DNA from: Xylographa opegraphella
Lineage: Eukaryota
Direction: 5' to 3'
DNA: 64,000 nucleotides
Assembly (NCBI GenBank): GCA_022813865.1
Contig: JALDZX010000053.1
Span: 1 to 64,000 of the forward strand
The position numbers and the translations under genes were made by a program. Each line of letters starts with the position of its first letter. Within the stretch, counting starts at the first letter, position 1. The notes under the pieces are model-generated. The model worked only from the letters and a program-made list of their open reading frames with translations, was not told where the DNA came from and ran no database searches. Below are positions 26,201 to 38,357 of this stretch, piece after piece.

Positions 26201-27527
26201 TGAGCTCTAGTCGAGGTGCAAGTAGCTGGTTCTACGACAGCCTTACTCTGCAAATCCTAGCTGAAGGAAGCGAAGAGTGTCGAATCAGAATTTATTCAGG
26301 CTTTGATACTCCACTATATCCCAGACTTAAGCAAACCATCATAGGGATGTAAGCAAGCTTGGGTCTCTGAGGTACACTCCCGTGAACATTGACAGATAGT
26401 CACTTGTATTATGGGCATGGAGCATTGTACCGTCGCGGTCTTCATGATACCGTACGTACTGTGTACTCCCATAGACCTTCCGCCGATCATGTGCTTGAAA
26501 GCGCCGGTTTCTGAATGACGTATCCTAGGGTAGATAAGGTACTTACTTACCCTAAAGGTAGGCAAGGTAAGGAAAGGTACCTTGAGGTATCTAGGTACCG
26601 TATGTACCTAGGTAGGGACTTACCAACCTCAAGGTAGCTTATCTACTGCAGTTGAGACTACTTTACTAAGAGTAATAAGCCCGAGTTTACTTCGTCGTTA
26701 TCTAATCTTATGTATTTAGAAGCAAGCACTCCTGACGCCCACCATTGACCAAGGGAAAGTCGGCTCAGTATCCCGTGTCTGTGTCTCATTATTGGAGGTG
26801 TCGACTGCTGGATGAAACCTCCTCCAGGGTGTCTCGTCCCTTGCCCACCCGCAGGCTGCGGGAATGTGAGCCTTGGCATGAGGTACGCGCACGATGGGGT
26901 CTTCCTTGCTCCCCGAATCGCTGGCCTTCCTGCTGTGAGATGTTCCCGACGATCGAATGGGTGAGCCGGGGTCGGACAGGTGCTCCCTGGTGCCGGTCAT
27001 GAAGAGCGAGAAGCAAACGAAACAGATCTGGCAGACGGATGCTTGGTGTGAGCGGAGTCCCCGCGCTCTCGACGACTCTAGCGCTGTTGTCGGCTGAGGT
27101 AAGGTAGTCTATATTAGGCCGTCGGCTTTCCTGCATGGAGTAAGGTAGATTACATCGTCCCCGGTGACGTAGAAGTACGAGGACTGGTACTACCACAGTA
27201 GGGTACGATGCACCTTTGATCGCGAGCTGCGTAAATCCTGACGCCATCAAAACACGCTCTCGAGCCCTAACCCGGAACAGGCAGCTTGGGATAACGAGTA
27301 CCTTTTTTGAAGCGCATTCCACGCCAGGTGCACGCACGCAGATACCTAGATTGCCCTGATCGAGCGATCTCATGCGGGTCTAATCCTGCAGTTTCTTGGA
27401 TTTGCCGTGTCTGCGAAGTGGTGACATGGGGTGCTCGATAGCTTTCACCGTGAGTACAAGTAGCTGTGCGGTCCTGCGCCCATTGCCCACTCCAGTTTCC
27501 TTGAAGCTCAAACCCTTGTCAACCAAA

Positions 27528-29514
27528 ATGCTTTCTGAAAGTATTCGTTCACTCGTACTGACTCTCGCCATAGGTGTGGGAGTAGCCCTTGGCTCGCCCA
27601 TCAGAGTTCGTACTCCTTATGCGGTGAAGGAGTCGCACCCGGTGCCTATAAAGTGGTCGAGGGTGGGCCCGGCACCTGCGGATCATGTTATAAAGTTGTC
27701 AATTGGCCTGAAGTCTAGTCAGACTGATGAGTTGGAGAGGCATCTCTACGAAGGTATGCTCCCGGTCTCGTTCACTTTGGTGTGCCGGACCCGTTTGAGA
27801 TCAGTCATGTTGACCTTCAACACACAGTCTCCGATCCTTCCCACCACCGTTATGGTCAGCATTTGTCGCAAGACGAGGTAAATGAGCTTGTCAAGCCTTC
27901 AGATGACGCTCTGGATCTCGTTTCTGAATGGCTCGCCGACAATGGCGTCACCTCGGGCCAGCTACAATACAGTCCAGCAAAGGATTGGATCATGGTGACC
28001 CTGCCCGTCAATGAGGTTGAACGTCTGCTGGATACGGAGTATTCGGTGTATGGGACCAAGGAGGGCGCCTACCTTGTTCGTACACCGCAGTGGTCGCTTC
28101 CAAATCATTTGCACGATTACATCGACGTGATACAGCCTACCAATTCCTTCTTTAGTCCGACTCCACTTCACAGCAACGTAATGCGATACCAGGATTCGCT
28201 AGATATGGCGGCCGCTGCCGCGATTGCTCAAACGAGCGCTGCTGGCAATCTTACCGTTGCCCAGGCGTGTAATGTGACTGCCGTCACTCCCACATGCCTA
28301 CGTACCCTTTACAGGACGATCAACTACACTCCGCAAATGGCTGGCCAGAACCGAATTGGTCTGAACGACTTTCTTGGTGAATCAAATAACCGCTCTGACG
28401 TACACATCTTCCTCGAGATGTTCCGGAAAGAAGCTGCTGATGCTTCCTCCGAGTTCATATTTGAAGTGGTCAATAATGGTACCACTCAGCAAACTCCGGA
28501 CAATGCCACCCAATTGGATGCCGGTACGGACCTGGAGGGTAACCTTGACGCCGAGACCATCATTGGTATCACATACCCAACTCCTCTTACTTGTTTCACT
28601 ACCGGAGGGAGCCCGCCCTTTAAACCTGACCTCTTGACCCCTACCGATACCAATGAGCCGTACCTCGCCTGGTTAAACTTCGTACTCGCAATGACAGCCA
28701 GTAACCTGCCCCAGACCATCTCAACTTCATACGGAGATGATGAGCAGACCGTGCCTCCTTCCTTCGCGGCGAAGGTCTGCAGCGGCTTCGCCCAATTAGG
28801 TGCTCGGGGAATCACAGTGCTTTTCGCGAGTGGAGATAATGGTGTTGGAGCTAATGGTGACTGCCGCTCGAATGACGGAAAGAACACAAGAATGTTTCTA
28901 CCATCATTCCCGGCCAGTTGTCCATATGTAACGACCGTGGGCGCCACTAAGGGAGTATTGCCCGAGGTCACCGCCTTTGATGCCTCAAATAATTTCTCCA
29001 GTGGCGGTGGATTCAGTAACTACTTTGCTCGTCCTTCTTACCAAGACCCGATAGTTCCCAGTTATATCGCCGGTCTTAAGGGAGAGTATAATGGTCTATA
29101 CAACCAATCTGGCAGAGGTTACCCAGACATTTCTGCCCAAGGATACCGTTATCTCACGATCTGGAATGGAACAATCGCCGTGCTTGATGGCACAAGCGCT
29201 GCTACGCCTACGGCAGCTTCGGTCATTTCTCTGGTCAACGATGCCTTGATGGCTGCTGGCAAACCAACACTAGGATTTCTCAATCCCTTGCTGTACTCCC
29301 TGCTCTATGAAAGCTTCAATGATATCACTAGTGGCAGTGCTGTCGGCTGTAACACCGCTGGTTTCCCAGCCAAGGCCGGTTGGGACGCTGCAACTGGCTT
29401 TGGTACCCCTGTAAGTACTGTCGTGTTAGTCGTTGATGCGCTATTCACTAACGTGCATCGCTTTACCAGGATTTTATCAAGATCAAGGCAGCTGCGTTGA
29501 AGGTTCAGCCTTGA
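27528..29514 (+). CDS. Secreted sedolisin-family (S53) tripeptidyl peptidase
   Basis: Signal peptide; prodomain SDPSHHRYGQHLS; EGNLD; ISTSYGDDEQ; FASGDNG; RGYPDISA; GTSAATP; GWDAATGFGTP. Confidence 0.95.
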
Positions 29515-29936
29515 CATATAGGCTAAAAGTGCCAAAACATGAATCGAAGAATTTACGATAAATCTAGCATGTACATAGTAAGAAATGAAAGTTTTTCAAG
29601 ATGCTCTGCGAAATAGAGATGTGAATCAACAAGCACACAAGCGTCTTGACATTGTTCCTCGAGTGCTCGCAAATGTGTAGCTTACATCCGATTTCACTGT
29701 CTTGTGAACAATTGTACCGATAGCTAATGGATACCGCAATTTTCAATACCATCCGTCATAAACAGATAATACAAAAACAGAGCAATTTTTTATTGTACGG
29801 TAATTTTGCGTGTAGGAGCAGTTGATGGGATAACTGCTAGTCCCTATATGAACTATAACTTTTAACGGAAATTCCCGATGTGTAGTCTATGCTTGTCCCT
29901 CCGAGACTCTGCGTCTTTCTTCGCGACCAGGTTACA

Positions 29937-30863
29937 ATGAACACAAGCTCGGAAACTAAAGCTCGTACAATAGTCCCAACTTCCCAAGTGATTGGCCTTC
30001 TTCCATCTCCTGCGGCTCGTACATACTCTCATGTCCATCCTGTGCTGTTGTCTGCATACTACTACCTGCGCTTCTCTTCTCTAGTAACCGATCCCGTCTC
30101 TACCCTAGCCACCAGCTTGCCACCAGTCTGTCTCATCTTTCTTAGCTATGCAATCGTCTGCCTTCCACCCACGAAGAGTATATCAACTGCAGCTTCCAGC
30201 CCAAAACCTGTGGCGACACTTAGACCGAAGGCACTGAAACCGTTGGGATATAAACGCCCACAATTAGCAAGCCAAAAGCCATGGCAAGACATATCAAGCA
30301 AGTTCTGTGTATGTGCACCTTAACCAGAATACTGTTTTTTCACCCCTGTGTCCGATTTGAACAGCTGATAACCCATTGATCGACAGACTGGTCTACTCGC
30401 TCTCATGATAACATTCCTAGCCAGTACACCAATTATCACGGTCCTCTTGATCCTTTTCGGCGCTCCTCTCACTACACATCATATTCAAACCTACCTGTGC
30501 GCCTGCCACATCTCGATTCTGGCTACTTTTCCGCTTTTCTATGTCCACGGAGTCTCAAGCACGATGTGGAAGGAGATAGCTGGTGGTATGCTGCCTTTCG
30601 ATGACGTGTGGGGTGGAACTATTGGGTGCGTCCTGGGAGCTTGGTTGGGCGCAGTACCTATTCCGCTAGATTGGTATGACTGGTTCTGTCTGACACGATT
30701 AAATGCAAATCATAAGCTACACACTTTCGCTAAGCACCCTTCTAGGGATCGAGAATGGCAAACATGGCCTATCACTATCGTCACAGGGTCTTACATTGGC
30801 TACATCGCTGGTCAATTCGCGTTTGGATATCTTCTACGTGGTAAAAGAATAAGCTTCGAGTAA
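29937..30863 (+). CDS. GPI11: GPI biosynthesis protein PIG-F/Gpi11
   Basis: LILFGAPLTTH...LFYVHG...GAWLGAVPIPLDW/DREWQTWPIT. Two introns. Confidence 0.92.
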
Positions 30864-31681
30864 GAAAGACCTCGAGTGAGTCGTTAAGAAGTCTTGCCAG
30901 CTCATTCCTGGTGCCACTTACTACACATGGACTATTTATCTTCAGGGCTTTCCAGGAAAATGTATATTCCGAGAGAAACGACTCAAGCATCTGCGACTTC
31001 CAGGCTCACCATCAGCTCGAATACTCGATTGACACACCTTAAAGTTCTCACTGGCCTTACGAGCTCTACCGGTCTGAAGCTAGGTCGCTAAGAAACAACT
31101 AAAGAGACAAAACCCTGTCTCGAAAGTCTAGGCGGCATTCAAATCGGAAAGGTAATTCAATATTGTGATTGCGGAATCCTCTCGTGCGAGCAGACCCTTA
31201 AGCCTTTGGTGCATAGCGCGTCTGAAGTGTGTCCTGTCCGAAACCATCGCCATTGCGTAGAGATTGCAGAAGACGTATTGGGGTTTGCAACTCTGGACTG
31301 TCCGCTTACACAACTCAGTCCGCAGGTCTGGCACTATTTATATATTGGAGAGTGCTACGGGAACACTACTTTCAAAAGAGATACTGTATATTCGCTGTCT
31401 GTACATTTGAAAACATTACTTTAATGCCCAAGCGGATGCCAGCTCTAATCAGGATGTGAAAATCGTGATAGCATTGTTCTTACCCATCCATGAGTAATGC
31501 ACAGCAGTCGGCATGTGAAAGTAAGCCACGGTGCGCACGTGCCTTTCCGCAAAGGAAACATAAGGTAGCATTACCACTCTGCATCACTGCCTCGTCGCAA
31601 AATATGTGTTCGTGATACAGACGGTGTGCTGGATTCTCCAATTATGAATTCACCTCCCTACATACATGCTATTTCTGAGGG

Positions 31682-33258
31682 ATGGGAATGTCTGCCATAA
31701 TGAGCGACAACGTAGAAGTCGTTGCGAACCATGAGCCAGTCCCCGTGCTTGCTGTCTCAGGCAGCGGCAGTGCATCATCTGATGGTGGTAGCAAACGTGA
31801 TCGCCTCAAGAGGTCACTGCCTGGCTCAGGCTTGACAGACAAACTTCAGAATGCAGGCGCAAGCCTGAGTGACTCAGGTCACTCGATTCAGGATCGTCTC
31901 TTCGCAAAGTTCGTGAGCTATCATCATAATGTCACCTCTGAAAATGAGAGTAACCTACCAGAATTGGCGGGCTAAGAGGCGCAATAGGATTCTACAGCAG
32001 GTCATTCCCGGGGAAGGCGTTGAAAATGTCGAAGCTGAGTCGGATACTCGGTCATCCAGATATCTCAACCGCCCCGGGTTCAGCCTCCCTCTCATGACGG
32101 TCAACTTCCGGCGCTTCAATGCTAGGTATGATGTGCACCGTGGCCGTGTAGCTACAGTGGCAGAGTGAAGCTAATCCCGTGCGTTGCAGAGTCGGTGTCG
32201 TCTTCGTAGCCCAAAATCATCTCCTGCGGCTACTCACATGGCGGAAAGCTTCGCATACACTCTCCTTCTTCGTCATCTACTCCTTTGTGTGCCTGAACCC
32301 GTACCTCCTCACCATCCTTCCGCTGGTCGGAATCCTATTCTTTCTTCTTGTACCTGCCTATCTGACTCGCCATCCTCCTCCACCAGCTCCTATCAACGCC
32401 CTCGGCAATACTCAGTACTCCATAAGCGGACCACCTCTGGCACCTGCAAGGACAATCAAGCCAGCGTCGGAGATGTCAAAAGATTTCTTCCGAAACATGC
32501 GGGACCTTCAGAACCTGATGGACGATTTTTCCAATGTTCATGATTCCATGCTAGCCACAATCACCCCAATCACAAATTTCTCTAATGAGCCTTTATCCTC
32601 GACTGTGTTCCTGATACTCTTCGTCACAGCTTGCCTTCTATTCCTGATCTCACACCTGCTGCCATGGCGCGTTATCATTCTGATATGTGGGTGGATCGCA
32701 ATTGCCCTCGGCCATCCTTCGGTCCAGGATATTGTTTTCAAGAGTGTCTACAAATCGCATATACGTCCAGCTTCTGCAACTGCACATTCCTGGCTCGAAT
32801 CCTGGATCGATTCTGATATCATCGTGGACTCACCGCCAGAAGCCCGAGAAGTCGAGATATTCGAGCTACAAAGGCGGAAGGGGAGTTTCGGCGTCTCCGA
32901 ATGGGAGTCATGGATCTTCAGTCCGAGCGCGTGGGAGCCGATGGCGCCGGCTAGGATTGCAGGAGAGCGAGTGAAAGGAAGCCGGTTCTTCGAGGACGTG
33001 CAGGCGCCAAGCGGATGGGAGTGGGGCGGGAAGAAATGGGAGCTCGATCTGGGGAGTACGGAGTGGGTAGAGGAAAGGCTTATAGTGGGAGTCGAGGTCG
33101 AGGTTGAAGGTGAGAGGTGGGTGTACGACATAGCTCCCGGCAGGCCGGAGAAGGAGGTCATGGACATGGCCGGGGCCAGACGGGGGGGTTGGAGGAGACG
33201 GAGATGGGTGCGACTGGTGAGAAGGAAGGCTACGAGTGGACTAGCGGCCTCGCAATGA
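31682..33258 (+). CDS. PEX29: Peroxin of the Pex24/Pex28/Pex29 family with dysferlin domain
   Basis: IQDRLFAK; PGFSLPLMTVNFRRFNAR; FFRNMRDLQNLM; EVEIFELQ; WRRRRWVR. Start codon uncertain. Confidence 0.85.
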
Positions 33259-34037
33259 TGGACGTTACATGTCGCCAATCTCGAGGCGTGTTCAGGACTG
33301 CAGTGAGTTATAGCAGCATGACGGTTGGGGCCTGCTGCGTGGTGGGCAACGGTAAAATGCCCGCCACATTTTTCCAGACTCGTCCGAGCTGGCTGCGCAG
33401 GTTCCCATGACGACCAGTGAACGTTCTCGAACTGTTTCTGGTGGCACGGTACCAAAGTTGACAGGTCTCGATGACGCTCGCTCTCTCTGGCAGTGGGGCT
33501 ACAGACTGCAGAGATCCTAGGCACTGAATGCAACACGATATCTGTCCATGCGGACATGCTTCGAGGGAGTGTCACTAAGCTACCTAGCAATCGGCAAAAC
33601 AGATATGGACGACGGGCGAGCAGAATGAGCAGCAAGGAAAGCCATTCCGTTCAGGTTGCGTCACTAGCGACCTCCAACTGTGCGAGGTCTCTGGCGTTCA
33701 CATGGCCCGTTATTTAATTGAGATTCGAATTCTCTGTTCAATCATACCACGGTACATAATCAATGTTCGTTTCATCTACGGTGTCGTGGATGCCACGACG
33801 CATGCACGAACCAAGCGACGAGGTATCTAAGGTAGACTACCCAAGGTACCATGCCTTACGTCGTACGTTACCCTTCAATCCCGCATTACCTTCCTTACTT
33901 TCCACTGGTAACGTCCTGCCTCGAATTAGAGTCGGAGATAGCGGCGCTAGGCTTCTTCCCACCGTCAGGTAAACCCGAACTAGACCACTAGTGCAACTTC
34001 AGGCGGGCACAGATCGATCATTACGATTATTACGCAG

Positions 34038-34163
34038 TACGATCATTACGAGCATTACGAGCATTACGATCATTACGATCATTACGATCATTACGATCAT
34101 TACGATCATTACGATCATTACGATCATTACGAGCATTACGAGCATTACGATCATTACGATCGT
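34038..34163. repeat. 9-bp minisatellite TACGA(T/G)CAT x14
   Basis: Counted directly; degenerate units extend left to ~34013. Confidence 0.95.
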
Positions 34164-34621
34164 TACCTAGACACCTAGCCTTACTAGATAGCTTACGTAC
34201 CTTAGATACAGGATCATTGGGATCATGCATCATACATCATGCATGGCACTCCTGGCGCCCCTTTCCCCCAAGCCATGCTGTCATCCGATCGGTCTTCCGT
34301 TAAGAGAGAGAGAGAGCACGTTGCTGCTCGTTAAGTGAGACGGTCAGAGACTTACGAGTCGTTACCGTTCTTTTCCTCCGTTCAGTCCATGAACTGTCCC
34401 CATCCCCCCTACCCCCCCCATGTTCCCGAATGAGGTATCTCTTGGAGCTTAAAAATAGCTGCCGTCTAGCTTATCAAGCTTCTCAAGAACTTCCACCGCT
34501 GTTGCTTCTCTTTTTCAGCTATTCCAGAGTCCCGCATCCCTTCAGCTCACGTTCTAGCTTCCTTTGCGCTGCTGTCAGTTGGGCACTTCTCTTTGCTTCT
34601 TGGTGACTCGGAGGGCTGTAG

Positions 34622-36002
34622 ATGGTCGATGGTGGTTGTCCATCTACCAATCATGCAAGCCGTGCACTCTTTGATCAAGACTCACGTCCCTCCATGGTTG
34701 ATGAGCTCCAAAGTCTACGATATTCTAGGAGAGGCGCCCGATATGGTGGACCCGACTTTTCCTTTACGTATGTCGATCCCGAAGCTTTGTACTATCCACT
34801 GGCTGATCGGAATGTGACAGCCAGCTTCATGTTTGCGAAAAGGAGCAAGGATGGGCAAAAGATGCCTCAGACAATAGCGCATAGAGGCTACAAAGCTAAG
34901 CATCCTGAGAACACAATGGGCGCGTTTCAAGGCGCTGTAGCGATTGGGGCCGATGCTATCGAGACCGATGTTCACATAACAAAGGACGACATTGTAGTAC
35001 TCTCTCATGTAAGAGAACCTTTGCAGCAGTGACCTGGTTACTGCTTATATTCTCTTCTATATAGGACGGGACATTGACACGATGTTTCGGCAGAGATGAA
35101 AAAATCATAGACTGTAATTGGGAATACCTAAGCTCGTTACGGACTCTCAAAGAACCACGCGAGTCTATGCCCCGCTTGATAGACATCCTCGAGTTTCTTG
35201 CAGCACCAGGCTTGGAGCATATATGGCTCCTTTTAGACCTGAAGGTATGCTCAACTAAGCATCGCGTCCACACACAAGCTGAATTCATATGACGCTCACA
35301 GGTGGACAACGATGCCGAAGTCCTCATGCGATTGATTGGCGAGACGATCAGATCGGTGCCTGCAAATCCCCGAAGTCCTTGGAACAAACGAATTGTCTTG
35401 GGCTGCTGGGCAGTACGTATCTCCCCCTTTTCCGTGGAATCTCTTCCAACTCATTTTTCAGTTGTTTTACTCATCGGCTTCCCATTACTAATTTGAGTAT
35501 ACTATAGCTCAAATATCTTCCCCTCTGTGCCCGCTACCTCCCCGACTTCCCCATCACCCACATCGGCTTCTCTACCGCCTATGCCCGCCGTTTTCTCTCC
35601 ATCCCTAACATTTCCTTCAACTTGTTGCAGAAAACCCTTTTCCTCTCCACACGCTTCATTGGTGATGCACGCCGCCTGAATAGACCCCTCGTCCTATGGA
35701 CTGTTAACGAGGACGAGATGATGCGTTGGAGTATTAATCAAGCTGTCGATGGCGTGATTACCGACGACCCGAAGCGCTTCAAAGAGGTTTCCGACGCTTG
35801 GTTGAGGGGAAGGAGAAGAGCGGTAATACACTGGAAGACGTGGGTGGAGCTGATATGGCTTCAGCTGTTGGTAATCGTGTTTGGAGGCATATTTCACTGG
35901 AAAATGAGAGTGAAGGGTCTGGCCAAGCAGAAGATGGAAAGGGGAGTGCAAGCACAGGCGGCGGAGGCAATACAGGAAGAGGGGACGGAAGGTGTCCGAT
36001 AG
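34622..36002 (+). CDS. PGC1: GDPD-family phosphatidylglycerol phospholipase C, Pgc1-like
   Basis: [50 protein letters not shown]-terminal TM helix. Start uncertain. Confidence 0.85.
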
Positions 36003-36343
36003 CAAATAACGCTCAGGAATCACAGTTTATCGAGGGCATGAGGTTGAATGAGAGCCGCCAGATAGAAGAGCCGGGAAAATGCCGGCATAGTTTGACGTAT
36101 CCACCACTATGATTACGGAACGAGCTGAACTGGGTGGCATAGAATATCATGATCATGATAGAATTTAGAAACGGTGGCTTACATGGTTCCAATCACTGAA
36201 CCCTAGGATTCCTAGAAAACCCAATTTCATACAGCGGTGCCATCGGCGAGTGTCGTCCAGGAGAAGCTCCCTCCTCCATGACAAAGTAAATGCACTGACG
36301 ATTCTCATCAATCTACACTTTGACCAATCCTCGACATTCGACA

Positions 36344-37567
36344 TCAAGAACTCTCCTTCGCTACCTGCTGCAGCACCTTCAAATATTCCGGGATCTCCTT
36401 CGCCCCCTCCAGCGTAAAGTCCCTCCGCCGACCCTCAAACACGATATACGGCACGCTATCCACCCCGTTGCCCGCCTGCTCCCTCACCAGCAGCTTCACA
36501 TCCTGCAATCCTTCATCCTCAGCCTCGATGAATTGCCTCGCCTCCGCCTCATCAATTCCCGCCGCGGTCGTGGCTGTCAGCAGCGTTTCTGACGAGGACG
36601 GATGTTGTGCTTGCTCGAAGTACTGCTCGTATAGCGCTGCGGACATTAATCGGGCGTCGCGCGGACAAGAAGAGAGCAACCCAAGACATACAGTTTACAA
36701 TCTTGTCAGCAACCTCCGCCCCCCTCGCCTCTTGGTAGTGCTGCACCACACGATGCGCCTGCAAAGTATTTGCCACCAAGCCGTCGAAGCGGAAGTCAAT
36801 ATCGAGGGGAGCCCCGTACGCGGACATGAGAGCGGTGTACATTTTCATGCGTTCTTCCGAGTTGTCGTACTTGGTTTTCTTGTACCAATCGTATTTGGAC
36901 TCGCCGACTTGAGAGGCGGACGGGTATAGCTGGTAGGGGAGGAACTTGGTCGTAAAGGTGACCATGGAGGCGGAGGGCGTGGAACGGAACTGATGGAGAG
37001 CTATCAGGGGAGAGGTGTCAAAGATCTGAGTTGGATTTCATAAGATAGGAAAGTGATGTTGTGTAAGCTGTAGAGTAAACTGCGCATGGGGTAAATAGGT
37101 TCTCGCAGGGTTGACTGATATGTGTGCACGTAAAGACAACAATAGGTGTACTATGATAAGGAAGATGATCTGCCATAATAGGGAGAGCGGTATGCAATTC
37201 CAACAGCGTTCGATAAGGGAATCATGGTAAGATACAAATTCACAATCTTCAATCCAAGGGAGCAATTAGAAACAGTCCACAAATAGCATTTTCTAAAATT
37301 TATATCACGAACGAGCCACGGGGAATAATCCAGAGTAGTGCTCTTGAAGAGGTCCACTCACCTTCATCGAGCCTGCACAAGTGGTGTCAATACAAAAGAT
37401 GATTCATCCTGCCAGAGTTGCATATATTTCGCTTACCTTTTCTTGGCCAGATACGTCCTAACTTAGGGTTAACTGCATTGAGGCTGCCTTTATGCCAACG
37501 CTGGCATTCTTACTTACCAAGGACAAATAGTATCCAATGTGAAGGAGATCTGCGACTCGTACACCAT
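36344..37567 (-). CDS. DsbA/FrnE-like thioredoxin-fold protein
   Basis: MVYESQISFTLDTICPW/TYLAKKR/LDE/AL...PYQLYP...ANTLQAHR...GVDSVP. Microexons of 21 and 11 nt and a 361-nt intron. Confidence 0.88.
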
Positions 37568-38357
37568 TGTATGCTTATGTGGCCCCAGTCTGAGGCTCTG
37601 TGAGTGGGCTCTTCGTTTGCGATATGTATGCGCTCGTTTCAGAAAATGTATCCTTAGCTGTGAGAAGAGACAGAGAGCCAGCAGCCACTATGGCCACACC
37701 GATTGGCTCTTGTTCTGACAAGAGAAGTCTCGTTTGATGGCTGAAGAGATTCCTATCGGACTGTCAATGAGGTCCGTACGAATACCTGATATACATCGGC
37801 CTAGCGGAGAATCAGGGAGCAACCCCTCTTCTGAAACTCGGTGGCAAATCTGTGCAGGTCACGGCGCCGGTATCCCAGCTTCATAACGCCATATCCGTAC
37901 TGCGCTGCACATATTCATGTTGCCATGCGGGCACCAGGCGATGACCAAAGCGAACGGACTTTGGCTATCTACTACGATGTTTTGGTGATGATGATACATC
38001 AGCGTATCAGCGACAATGGGTAAGCCGCACATGCGAGGAACCTCATACATTTCATCGACGGACACCTCTCCTGATGCTGCTCAGCCCTCTTCGTTCGAGG
38101 ATCAAGAGCGCCACGCAGATGCGGTCTCACGTGCGATCCAGCTCACTGGCCTCTCGCTTGGTCGCACTTGGACGTACACGATACAGGACTGTGCACCATG
38201 GTTGCGAAGACTGAAGCTTGTCAATGTTCCGTGTAAGAAGACGAGATGTTGGTTGATACTGGAGGGCGAAACCTCTCGAGTATCGATATGGTATTTCTTT
38301 ACTCGACCGTCCAGTTCTTTCCTTTTTTTCTCTCTATTGTTGTCATTGTCCGGGACA

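Noticed and set aside
32748..33635. 295-aa antisense ORF over the PEX29-like gene
   Set aside because: Shadow ORF of a GC-rich coding strand with no recognisable motifs.
34030..34233. ORF with RND/RNA tripeptide repeats, or a CRISPR-like array
   Set aside because: It is only the translation of the 9-bp minisatellite. There are no unique spacers and the context is eukaryotic.
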